From assembly GCF_004010195.1 (NCBI RefSeq), contig NC_057717.1, forward strand, positions 73,726,399 to 73,790,398: a DNA stretch of 64,000 nt, read 5' to 3'. How positions within the stretch are numbered: position 1 is the stretch's first letter; every line of letters begins with the position of its first letter. The DNA comes from Chiloscyllium plagiosum (lineage: Eukaryota). The position numbers and the translations under genes are program-made. Positions 26,872 through 38,332 of this stretch are shown piece by piece. The notes under the pieces are model-generated. The model saw only the letters and a program-made list of their open reading frames with translations. It was not told where the DNA came from and searched no databases.

Positions 26872-26985
26872 AACCACCACACATCACTTGCCTTTTGATG
26901 TTTCCTGGGGCTATAATGGTGATGCTTGTCCTTGTCGTGATGCTTACTGTTTTCATGGGATGCCGCTGCAGGAATTGTGACTTAG
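26872..26985 (+). CDS. IgSF VJ-C1 receptor exon 4: stalk and transmembrane (EPPHITCLLMFPGAIMVMLVLVVMLTVFMGCRCRNCDL)
   Basis: Pyrimidine-rich acceptor ctctgtcttccttag, ~22-aa hydrophobic helix, donor G|GTAGGA, phase 1/1. An alternative in-frame acceptor would start the exon at 26851. Confidence 0.85.
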
Positions 26986-27106
26986 GTAGGATGTGTCCTT
27001 TAATGCTACAAATTATTCATGTTCTTGTGTTCTTCTATTCTTACCTCAAGGAACCTAATTAGTGCAATGTAATTTTAAAATGATCTAACTGATTTCGTTA
27101 CATCAG

Positions 27107-27162
27107 GTAACTGGAACACCAGTGAGAAATCAGAATTTCGAATACATGTTGCAAAGCAAGAG
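27107..27162 (+). CDS. IgSF VJ-C1 receptor exon 5: cytoplasmic (GNWNTSEKSEFRIHVAKQE)
   Basis: Branch point CTAAC at ~27085, acceptor catcag, perfect donor GAG|GTAAGT, phase 1/0. Confidence 0.8.
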
Positions 27163-27299
27163 GTAAGTGCATGAAAATTGATTTTCGTTTTCTCATCAAA
27201 ATGTGTAAATCCTTACACTAGTTTTATGGAACTTTTGACAGAAACGATTATCGTGATAGATTTATAATCAATGCAAGATGCCACTATTTATCATTTTAC

Positions 27300-28425
27300 A
27301 AAGGGACAAATAAGCTGAAGAGCAGGGCTAAGAGGTGGCAAATGGAGGTTAATGCAGAAAAGTGTGAAGTGATTCACATTGGAAAGAGCAAAAGACGTGC
27401 AGAGTACTGGACTAATTATAAGACTCGTGGTAGTGTGGGCGAGCAGAGAGACCTCGGAGTCCATGCACATAGATCCCTGGAAGTTGCAACCCAGATTGAT
27501 CGGGTTTTTAAGACGGCATACGGTGTGTTAGCCTTTATTAGTAGACCATTGGGTTATAGAACCATGAGTTCATGCTGCAGCTGCGTAAAACTCTGATGCG
27601 GCAGCACTTGGAGGATTGTGGACAGTTCTGGTCGCCTCATTATAGGAAGGATGTGGAAGCTTTAGAAAGGTTTCAGAGGAGATTTACTCGGCTGTTGTCT
27701 AGAACAAAGAGAAGTTCTTACGATGAAAGACTGAGGAATTTGAAGCTGTTTTCGTTGGAGAGAAGAAGGTTGAGAGGTGACTTAATTGAGACATATAAAA
27801 TAATGAGAGGGTAAGACAGGGTGGACAGTGAGAGCTATTTTCCTCAGATGGTGATTTAGATTAGATTACAGTGTGGAAACAGACCCTTCGGCCCAACAAT
27901 TCCACACCGACCCGCCGAAGCGAAACCCACCCATATCCCTACATTTACCCCTTACCTAACACTACAGGCAATTTAGTACGGCCAATTTACCTGACCCTGC
28001 ACATCTTTGGTGGGAGGAAACCCATGCAGACACGGGGAGAACGTGCAAACTCCAGTCAGTCGCCTGAGGCGGGAATTGAACCCGAGTCTCTGGCGCTGTG
28101 AGGCAGCAGTGCTAACCACTGTGCCACCATGCCGTGATGGCTAGCATGACGGTGCAGAGATTTAAATTCTGGGTTGGCAGATATAGGACAGATATCAGAG
28201 TTAGTTTATTTATTCAGAGACTAAATAGGGGCATGGAATACATTGCCTTGCAACAGTAGTAAACTCGCCATCTTTATTGGCATTTCAATGTTCATTGGAT
28301 AGTCATATGGATGAAAATGGAATAGCGTAGCTTAGGTGGACTTCAGAAACGTTTCACAGATCAGTGCAGCATCAAAGTTCAAAGGGACTGTACTGCGTTG
28401 TAATGTTCTGTGTTCTATGTTCTCA
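27300..28425 (+). mobile_element. CR1 3' fragment in intron 5, interrupted by an HE1 SINE
   Basis: KCEVIHIG, QFWSPHYRKDVEALE and RLRGDLIETYKIM; tgttctatgttct tail at ~28410. Confidence 0.9.
27856..28133 (-). mobile_element. HE1-type tRNA-derived SINE, full length
   Basis: The minus strand starts ggcatggtggcacagtggttagcactgctgcctcacagcgcc with A box and B box (GGTTCAATTCC) and ends in a (TAATC)n tail. Flanking GTGAT duplication at 27851 and 28134. Confidence 0.9.
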
Positions 28426-28902
28426 GTGAAAGCAAATGAAAATGGAAATTTTAATATTTAATATCTGCAGTTATATATAATTACAATATGTATATTCTAT
28501 GCAAAGACTGCAGGATAAAAAGAAATTGTATTCTGAGAACAGCCAATACAGATATCGAGATCATGTACGGAAGAACAATAGATCTAGCTGTAATGATTGG
28601 TTTGTTTAAAACATGTCTATGGATAGAAGTGAGAATCATTTGCTCTGTTCTGGGTTTGTGCCAAGCGGTAAAAAGGCTTAAAATAAGCTCATGCATGAGT
28701 ACAGACATGACACATTGAGCGGCATGGATATCTGGAAAATACTCATCCATTTCTTCTTATCTGTTGAAATTAATTGGAAATAACAACGGCTGTATGGAGA
28801 TAAAGATACTTCCAACTGAAGGGTTATAAGGTGGAATTGTGGTATTGCTGCGCACTGTTCATTTATTTCTCAGATAATAACCGTTTTTGATTTATTCCCC
28901 AG

Positions 28903-28947
28903 ACTCTTTATGCTCACTTGGCTTTTACTGAAGATCCAATACTTTGA
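28903..28947 (+). CDS. IgSF VJ-C1 receptor exon 6: TLYAHLAFTEDPIL* (tyrosine motif)
   Basis: Acceptor tttattccccag in phase 0; gives a TxYxxL motif then TGA. The spliced CDS totals 900 nt (299 aa). Confidence 0.72.
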   Translation, partial: TLYAHLAFTEDPIL

Positions 28948-30044
28948 TAGGACGAATACTCGTGAATTGAAGCACATGCACGTTGATTTCTGACATTGCA
29001 CTTCAGTGAGACACGCTTTTCACCCATAAGTGAATAAGCCATTTCTCGAATCTGTGCTGTGTCCATTTGCCCGGAAATGGAACTTTAATTTAGAAGAGCG
29101 ACTGACACAGTGAAACCTGAAGCATGAATCCATACTCCCTCCAGAAGATTTCATTACCTCTGCCCAATGCAATACACAATTGCCATTAGTGACTTACCAA
29201 TTTGAGGCTGGAATGACCAAAATAGAAAAGATTCAGCCACTACTGAGAAAGGTTTTGTTTTGTGTTATTAGATTCTTTAACCTTTGCTGGTAAGACGACC
29301 ATTTATTAAGAATCCAAAATGGCTAATCAGAAAGTGAGCCCATGTTTCTTGTATGTGCTGTAGCTTTTGCGATGAAGATGCTGTCAAAGTGCCATTAAAG
29401 CGTATGTTGAATGCATTGAGTGTTAAACTGACGGTAGTGGGAAGAATAACAGTATATTTCCAGGTTATTGCTAACAGAAATTTGGACTGAGCGCCCAAAT
29501 TCTTGTGCCTCTCAGCTTTTATTCTTTTTATTGGGTAGAAATTGCGATTTGGGTTTTTTTTAATGACGTTGGCGAGAGATTTCTGTATATGCTTTCGATA
29601 CCTTGCTGCCTTTATCATGGTGATAGAGGAGTGCATTTAAAATATGCACGTTAATCAAACGATTTTCTTAAGCATAAACACAACCTGTCCAATAACATCT
29701 TTGGAGAATGAAGCAGAATTAACTTTTCGAATCGGTTATGAATTCCTTTTTTCCAGGACTCACAGAGGTTAATGAATATTTATTTTTTGAGCTGTTGATG
29801 GAGGCAAAAGAGGCGCAACATCAACAGTTTTCAGAAAAAAAGATAAAAAAAAAATACTCATAGCGAAGTAGGAATGGAGAGGGAAATTCGGTATAAATAA
29901 GGTATGATAAAGCGAAAATAGGTTCTGTCTGTGATAAGCAAAGTCAAAAAGGTACACACAAGATGCAACTATTCTGCCTGTAAGAAAGTCCCCAACTTTC
30001 CAGTTACTTGTCACAAACTCTCTTCCCAGTCAAACAGATTCTTT

Positions 30045-30063
30045 AATAAATACAATAAATAAA
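30045..30063 (+). promoter_or_regulatory. Candidate polyadenylation signal cluster
   Basis: AATAAA at 30045, 30054 and 30058, ~1.1 kb after the stop codon. Confidence 0.35.
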
Positions 30064-31409
30064 ACTGTAAGCAGCAGAATGTAAACCAACAAAATTTATG
30101 TGCTATATTCCATAGCATAAAATTCATTTATGTAACATTATTATGTGTATGCCACATTTTTAAAACATTAACAAGTGAGTACATACTGCCTGATATCCCC
30201 CAATATAATCTCCAGTTCTGTATGGAATAACCAGTAAAATGTTTGCTTGAGGAGAATGGTAGACTGAAGAATATATGAGAGTATGAATTGTGGTTTAATG
30301 CATTCTGACACTGTGGCCAACAACATCTAATTGACACGCATTCAACGTCTGGGTAACAGTTTTCACCTTGATCTATCATCATTAAAGTAAAGCTAATACT
30401 GAAAATATGAGAATTTTCTCAGCTATAATCTATTCCATATTTACTGTTTTGACAAACTACACTGTGACAGCTAGGCTGGTGCAAACCAATTCAAGATTAT
30501 TATCATGTTCCCTCCTCCTCCCCTTAATGACACTCAGCTTTGGTGTTTATATCAACAAGTGCCACAATCTGACTTTTGCAGTTACATAATTCAGAACGAA
30601 GCAGACCACTTAGTTCTGGTCCTAAAGATACGTCTGATAACAACTATTGCATTCCCTTCCGCAAAGCATTTTCTGTGCTGTTGCTCACTTCAAAGTTTCT
30701 TCCAAGCATTCAACACTTGTGATTCAATTTCATGTGCAATTTACAAATCAGAACTTGAATCTGATGGGAAAGTTATTCACTATTTGTTCAAATTCAAACT
30801 TGCCATTATAAAACGTTATTGAGACAGATGCAGACCATTGGTCTTTTCATTTATGTGTTGGATGGCAAAGGCTTTCATTGCTTCTTTGTAACTTCCTTTA
30901 AAATTGTTTTTTTTTTTAACTTTAAAGATTCGCATGCATTTTATCCTCTCTGTTAATTGTCATGATGCTGTGGCTTTGAGAGGTTATTATTATAGTTGAA
31001 GACATCTTTTTCACCGTCCAACGTTGAATCTATATGATTAACATCAATTACAAAAAGCAAGTGGTATGATGATGGCCCTAAAAGTTCACGACTATTATCA
31101 AGCTCTGATGGTCAATAAAAAATGTTTCGACACATATCAACTGCTTCCACCAACTAAATAATTGTTGAATAAAAAATGTTATAATGTCTTGGATTATATC
31201 GTTTGCTTTTATTGGGATGCATCGTCCAACTAAAACTATCAAATCATTTCCCCACATACCACTTTTATTAAATCAGCCATCTTTCAAAACATTCAATTCA
31301 GTTCACTGAAGTATCTCTTGTATTAAGTACTCAATTGAGATTAACACCTGCAGTTGCAAATTTCCCTGAAATAAGATTTACCTGAATTGTAAATGAATGG
31401 GCCATTATC

Positions 31410-31535
31410 GATTAAGAGAAATCACAGTTTATTCTTCGGGTAGGGTGACCCTTCCTAGGTTCTAAGGTTGGGTCACTGAATCCGAAATGTGAACTCTGAT
31501 TCCTCTTCACAAATGTTTCCAGAGCTGCTGAGCTG
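31410..31535. mobile_element. Inverted pair of degenerate Penelope-type ends (decayed hammerhead region)
   Basis: ttcgggtagggtgacccttcc followed by gggtcactgaatccgaaatgtgaactctgatt; mutually complementary arms. Confidence 0.45.
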
Positions 31536-31539
31536 GAGT

Positions 31540-33350
31540 GTGAAAAATGCAGTGTAGTTGCGGTTGGTGACTTCAACTTTCCTCAGAGACTCAGGTGAAG
31601 AGCATTTTTTATATGCGTAAAGGAGGGTATTTCAGACATATCTTCAGAATCCATTCAGACAGGAGACCACACTACACTTGGTGATAGGGAATGAGCCGGA
31701 CTTAGTGACCATAACTCCATTATATTTCGAGTATTCATGGAAAAAGACAAGAGTAGTGCTCGGGTTAGGTTGTTTAAATGGGAAAGGAACTGGGTAAGTG
31801 GATTGGAAGAAGTTATAGAACATATAACATTCGAACATATAACATTACAGTGCAGTACTGGCTCTTCAGCCTCGATGTTGCGCTGATGTGTGAAATCAAT
31901 CCGAAGCCTATCTAAACTCCACTAGTCCATAAGTCTATCCAAAGACCATTTAAATACTGTTAAATTTGGCGATTTGGCCACTGTGGCAGGCAGTACCTTC
32001 CACGCTCCAGTACTCTCTGATTAAACACACTAACTCTGACATCTGTCCTATATCTATCACTCCTCAATTTAAAGCTATGTCCCCTCGTGCTAGCCATCAG
32101 CATCCGAGGATAAAAGCTCTCACAGTCCATCCTATCTAACCTTCTGATTACCTTTTATACATCAATTAAATTACCTTTCAACCTTATTCTCTCTAACAAA
32201 AGCAACCTCACTCCCTCAGCCATTCCTCATATGACCTTTCTTCCATACCAGGTAACATCTGAGCAAATATCCTCTGAAACCTTTACAAAGCTTCCATATC
32301 CTGCCTATAATACCATGAGCAGAACTGTAAGCAATACACCAAGTGTGGCCACACCAGTGATTTATACAGTTGCAGCATGATCTCATGGTTCCGAGACCCA
32401 TCCCTCTAACAATAAAAGCTAAAACACTGTATACCTTCTTAATAACCCGATCAACCTGGTTGGCAACGTTCAGGGATCTATGTACATGGACACCGAGATC
32501 TCTCTGCTCATCTACACTACCAAGAATCTTACCATTAGACCAGCGCTTTGCATTCCTGTTCCTCTGTCCAAAAATGAATCACCTCACATGTTACTGCGTT
32601 GCATTCCATTTGCCACCTCTCAACCTATCTCTGCATCTTATCAATATCCATCTGTAACCTACAACATCCTACAACACTATTCACATCTCTCCGGACCTTA
32701 GCACTATCCGCAAAATTTACTAACCCATCCTTGTGTGCCCTCATCTGGTCACTTAAAAATTGACAAACAGCAGTGGACCCAAAACAGGTCCTTGCGGTCC
32801 ACCACTAGTAACTAAACTCCAGGATGAACATTTCCCACCAACCACTACCCTCTGTCTTCTTTCCGCTCGCCAATTTCTGATCCAAACCACTAAATCGCTC
32901 ACAATCCCACGCCTCCATTTTTTGTGCAATAGCCTACGTTGGGCTTATCAAACACCTTCATGAAATACATATGCAGCACATCATCCGCTACCCTCTTCCA
33001 CCTGTTTGGTCACGTTCTTAAAGAACACAATAATATTTGTGAGGCACGACCTACCCTCACAAAACTGTGTTGACTATCCCTAATCAACTTATTCCTTTTT
33101 TGATGATTGCAAATCCTATCTCTTATAAATTTTCCAACACTTTACAAATAACCTAAGGCTCACTGGTCTACAATTACCAGTTTTGTCTCTCCTCCCCTTT
33201 TGGAACAACACTTATTTGAGAGCAAATCTATATCTGGTATGTGGAAGGCTTTTAAAGACCAGTTGATTAAAGTGCAGGACATGCGTGACCCCGCAAGAAT
33301 GAAGACTGGCAGGATTCAGGAACATTGGATGACAAGGGACATCGCAGCAT
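31540..33350 (+). mobile_element. Old CR1 endonuclease/linker fragment split by a minus-strand CR1
   Basis: ggtgacttcaactttcc (GDFNF) at ~31567 and agtgaccataac (SDHN); resumes at ~33210. Confidence 0.6.
31817..33207 (-). mobile_element. CR1 3' fragment
   Basis: Reverse-complement RT/3' UTR with a GAACATA tail at 31817. Confidence 0.85.
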
Positions 33351-34545
33351 GAAGGAAGGGGGATAGGAATGGAGATTATTTTAAATTGAAGAGCTCAATG
33401 TTGAATCGTCTAGGCTCTAAACTGCTTAGTTGCAAGAGCAGATGCTGTTACTCCAGTTGTTATCTGATTCACTGTGGCATTTGAAGAGTGAGATAATTCA
33501 CATGACGGAGAGTGAATGGGCAGGATATTTTAAATGGGAGCTAACTGGAAGGTCAGGCTGGTCCTTGAGTGCCCAAAGCGGGTCAAGGCAAATAGTAAGG
33601 TGACAGTTGGGCAGAGGTAGGAGGTTATATTGATAGATCGTTGAGAAGTTCAGAGCGGACAGGTGGGAAGGAAGTTGGAAATCTACGTCAGGTTAAGATG
33701 GCAGACTGAGCCAGAGGGCTGTATCTGGGATGGGGTGAGTGGAGGAGAGACTTGGAAGCTGGCAAATTCAGTGTGGAACCAAGTGATTATAGGCTCCTGA
33801 GACGGAATATATGTATTCCTTCTTCAGTCTGCAGTTGGTCTTCTGCATGCGATGGAGGAGGTCCAGGATGGACATGTCATCGGGGTGGGGGGGGGGGGGG
33901 GGGGGGGGTGGGAGTGCGAGTTGAAGTGGCCACAGGAAGGTGAGGTTGGTTGGTGTGCATGGACCACAGATGTTCTCTGAATTGTTTTGTAAATTTGTGC
34001 TCTGTCCCTCTGAAGTAGAGGAGATCACATCAACAGCAGTGGATGCAATAGACAAGGTCTGATGATATACTGGTAAATCTCAGCCAGATTTGGAATCATC
34101 TTCTAGGGTCCCGAACTGAGTTGACGGGTAAGGTGTGTGCGCAGGTTTTGCACCCCTTACAGCGGCAGAGGAAGGTGCCAAGTGTGGAGAGAGGGTAGGT
34201 GGGGAGTGTGGACTTAATGAGAAAGTCATGGAGGGAACGGTTCCTAAGGAATGTAGATGCAGTTGAGAGGGAAATATAGTTATGGTAGTGAGCCCTCAGA
34301 GTAGGTGGTGAAAATTGTAGTTGATGATACTTTGCAAATGGAGATCGGTGGTGTGGAATGTGAGAACCAAGGGCAATCTATCCTTGTTAGTATGGGGAGA
34401 GGGGTTTGATGGGAATAATGCGGGAAATGTTGGTGATGCGATTGAGGGTACAACTGATCACATTAGGGGGAAATTACAGTCCTTAAATTACGAGGACATC
34501 TGAGATTTTCTGTGGTGGAATCGCTCATCCTGAGAGCAGATATTG
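33350..34545 (-). mobile_element. Penelope-like element 3' fragments (GIY-YIG region)
   Basis: Two decayed segments resembling shark PLE ends (gctcaatgttgaa..., aggctcctgagacggaatat..., cgctcatcctgagagcagat). Poly-G at 33882-33910. Confidence 0.55.
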
Positions 34546-34569
34546 GCAGAGACAGTTTATTATGTGAGT

Positions 34570-35420
34570 AGCAGGATGGTATCAACGATTATGAAAGGAT
34601 ATAATAGGACATAGATCGTATGGCGACGTTGACATGGAAATGGGAAATGGAGTTTACTCCAGACAAATGTGAGGTGATGCATTTTGGAGGATCAAATATA
34701 AGTGTGCATTATGGTGTACATGGCAGAACCCTGAGGCATATCAATGTGCAGACGGATCTGGCCATGCATGTTCCCCGTTCCCTAAAAGTGCCAACACGGG
34801 TAGCCAAAGTGATTAAGAATGCATATGACATGCTTGCCTCCATCTGCCAGGGCATAGAAACAAAAGTTGGCCAATCATGTGTCAGGTATATTAACCTTGC
34901 TTTGCTGCATTTGGAGTATTGTGTGCAGGTTTGGTCGCCACACACCCAAAAGGACGTGGGATATTTGGGAGAGTGCAGAGAGGGTTCATCAGGATGTTGT
35001 TGGGTTTCGAAGGCATTTGCTGTGAGGAAAGTTTAGTCAGACTAGGATTGCTTTCACTGGAAAGATGGCAGCTGAGAGGAGACCTGATGGAGGTTACAAA
35101 ATTATGAGAGGCACAGATGGGATGGATAGCCAGAGGCTTTATCCCAGGATTGAAGGTTCGATTACAAGGCAGCACAGTTCCAAGTTAAAAGTACAAAAGT
35201 TTAAGGAAGATTTTCGAGGTAAGTTTTTTCACACAGAGATTGATAGAAGCCTGGAAGGTACTGCCAGAAGAGGTGGTAGAAGCAGGCACATTGGTTATAA
35301 TAAAGAGGCATCTGGATTGTTACGTGAATAGGGAGGGAACATCGGGATATGTACCGAATACAGGCAGAAGGTTTGCTAAAGTAGTTTAGTTCGGGCATGA
35401 TGATCGGCAGAGCGTTGAAG
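34570..35420 (+). mobile_element. CR1 3' fragment
   Basis: WEMEFTPDKCEVMHFG, LEYCVQVWSP and LRGDLMEVTK. Confidence 0.85.
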
Positions 35421-35430
35421 TGACATCAGC

Positions 35431-35464
35431 ATCCTGATGAAGGGCGTTTGCCCGAAACATCGAT
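35431..35464 (+). ncRNA. Minimal type I hammerhead ribozyme-like motif (Penelope end)
   Basis: atc CTGATGA a gggc gttt gccc GAAA ca TC gat: core, 4-bp stem II and 3-bp stem I. Confidence 0.55.
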
Positions 35465-35794
35465 TTTCCTGCTCCTCGGAATGTGTTAACTCTCAACGAA
35501 ATTTACAAGTTAAATAAAGCAAGAATTAGAATTAAATAGTTTTTGCTTTTCAATGAAATTTCATTCATCATAGGGAGTTATAGAAAATTAACGCTAATGT
35601 ATTGTAATCACATGGAGAAAGAAAGTTGGCCAAAATCTGAATTCTGCCTCTGGAATCGAAACACAGTAAATTTAAAATCGTTAAAGGCACTCAAAAATAA
35701 CTCCAATAGTTGTACCAGAATTTCTAATTGACGAATTCCAGAGTGTGCACAGAACCGTCTATGGACCTGGTCTGAAAATTAAACCAAAACAAGT

Positions 35795-35910
35795 TGCCCA
35801 AAACATCGATTTTCCTGCTCCTCAGATGCTGCCTGACCTGCTGTGCTTTTCCAGCACCACTCTAATCTTAATTCTAATCTCCAGCATCTGCAGTACACAC
35901 CTCCGCCTGA
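35795..35910 (+). mobile_element. Penelope-type terminal fragment
   Basis: gcccaaaacatcgattttcctgctcctcagatgctgcctgacctgctgtgcttttccagc; homologous to 50260-50320. Confidence 0.7.
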
Positions 35911-37084
35911 CATCAAATATTGGCTTATCCTGTAATTAGCACCTTAACAAGTTTTCGTGAAGAGCAATTCAGGGAAAAGTACTGCAGCAGGCTATTAGTG
36001 GCAGATATGTATCGGTAAATCTTCTCCCCTTGCCATAAACAAGCACATCAGTGGAAGCAAGGAGCTCGTGTCATTATCGCTAGGCTATTAATTGTGAACC
36101 ACAGTTGGGCTTGAAGACTGCCATGGCAGCTGGTTGAATTTGAATTTGAATTGATGTTTTTAAACAATCTGGAAAAAAGAAACTACTGATGACCAAGAGA
36201 CTATTGACAAATATCGGATATTCCCATCTGCTTAACTAATGGAAGTAAACGTGTATTCCTTATCCGGTCTGCCAAATCTAACTCCACACCTTCATGCAGT
36301 TGACGCTCAGACACCCTCCGGCCAACCAGGAATGAGCAATGAATGCTGGCCTAGCTAGCGTTACGAACTCACCTTGCATTCATTTTTTTTTTGAAATCCT
36401 TTCTATACATCTATGCTTTTAGGGTAATTCATTGGTTTTCTAAATTTTGTTAACTGCTCGTGCATAATACAGGGAAAAAATTGATTATGATTATCTTACC
36501 TATGCTTCTTAACGCAATTTATAAATTAAATAAAGTAAGGTTAGAATTAAATACTTTTTTTTTGTTTTTTGAACTACTTCTAACGTTAGCCTGGATACAC
36601 TTTATCCATTCTCAACCAACATAACATTCCATAATACTGAAAGTAATATATTTGCAGTTTACAAGTAATGACACTGACCGACAATTCAAACAGATTACTG
36701 ACAGAAATGAAGTCAAAAAAATAAATTGCAGGCAATGACGCATCTTTGTCTCTATGAGTGATGTTAATGCTTCCAAAAAGTCTAATTCAATGATAAAGCA
36801 TGATATGCTATTCACTACCCCATGGACAGTCTTGTAGAATACCTGTGGTGTGCAGCTGTAACCTCTTTATTAGCGGGTTCCGCTGACTTCTTTGTGCTAC
36901 TAGCTAACTTTCATGACTTCACATTATATCCCTTTCTCCTTCTTGAATCCCCTTCTTATATCATCTTCTCCTCCTCCTTATTATGTTTGCTGCTTACCAG
37001 CTTGATCAAATTTCATTAATCACAGGAGTTATGGAAAATTAACGCTAATGTATTGTTCCAGCACGAAGAAAGAAAGTTGGCCGA

Positions 37085-37255
37085 AATCTGACTTCATAAG
37101 ATAAGCTCTCCAGTCCAGGCAGCATCCTGGTAAGCCTCCTCTGAACCCTCTCCAAAGCATATTTCGTTTAATAGGGCGACTAGAACTGGACTCAGTATTC
37201 CAGGTGCAGTCTAACCAAAGTTTTATAGAGCTGCACAAAGATCTCACGAATCTTA
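37085..37255 (-). mobile_element. Short CR1 fragment
   Basis: Homologous in reverse to 805-965. Confidence 0.8.
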
Positions 37256-37563
37256 AATGTTGGTCAAATACAGAGGTCTAGGAACAGCTGCACTTTTTTA
37301 AAAATATGTATACATTTGCGTGCATCAACAATTATCCACCTCCTATTGTGAAGGCAGTTTGAAGCTTATTTCCTCACCTTACTACAGAAACAGTAACGAT
37401 GAAATAAAGATCATGCACTTTTTCATACATTTTACAATAGTCGAGAAATAGAAATATTTATTTCAACGAAGTAAAAACAATGACTGCAGATGTTGGAAAC
37501 CAGATTCTGGATTAGTGGTGCTGAAAGAGCACAGCAGTTCAGGCAGCATCCAAGGGACTTCGA

Positions 37564-37599
37564 AATCGACGTTTCGGGCAAACGCCCTTCATCAGGAAT
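37564..37599 (-). ncRNA. Minimal hammerhead ribozyme-like motif
   Basis: The minus strand reads attc CTGATGA a gggc gttt gccc GAAA cg TC gatt. Confidence 0.6.
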
Positions 37600-38332
37600 A
37601 AAGGCAGTGAGCCTGGAGCGTGGAGAGATAAGCTAGAAGAGGGTGGGGGTGGGGAGAAAGTAGCATAGAGTACAATAGGTGAGTGGGGGAGGGGATAAAG
37701 GTGATAGGTCAGGGAGAAGAGGGTGGAGTGGATAGGTGGAAAAGGAAATAGGCAGGTAGGACAAGTCTGGACAAGTCATGGGGACAGTGCTGAGCTGGCA
37801 TGGTTGAAGAGCTTCAGGACAGAGGAAATGACCTGAGAGTTGCAGTGGGAGACGGACTCCATGAGATTCTTGTAGAGAGAGGAGGAAAGCTTCTTCAAGG
37901 CAGGCATCCTTGCAAGAGGATTCGCAGTAGGGATAAAATCAACGAGGTAAAAACAATGACTGCAGATGCTGGAAACAAGATTCTGGATTAGTGGTGCTGG
38001 AAGAGCACAGCAGTTCAGGCAGAGGGTGGAGTGGATAGGTGGAAAAGGAGATAGGGAGGTAGGACAAGTCCGGACAAGTCATGGGGACAGTGCTGAGCTG
38101 ACATGGTTGAAGAGCTTCAGGGCAGAGGAAATGACCTGGAAGTTGCAGTGGGAGAGGGACTCACTGAGATTCTTGTAGAGAGAGGAGAAAAAGACAGGCA
38201 TCCTTGGAAGAGGATTCGCAGTAGGGTTAAAATTGACGAGGTAAAAGCAATGACTGCAGATGCTGTAAACCAGATTCTTGATTAGTGGTGCTGGACGAGC
38301 ACAGCAGTTCAGGCAGCATCCAAGGAGCTTCC

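Noticed and set aside
28060-28133. tRNA gene
   Set aside because: It is the tRNA-derived head of the HE1 SINE, with SINE body and tail attached.
29198-29207. 10-nt minus-strand microexon-like signal (ttccag|CCTCAAATTG|gtaagt)
   Set aside because: No linked coding exons found; the nearby GEKRVSLKC frame lacks Ig Trp/YYC. Likely chance.
29277-29636. 119-aa minus-strand ORF and other short ORFs in AT-rich unique DNA
   Set aside because: No recognisable domain or consistent splice structure.
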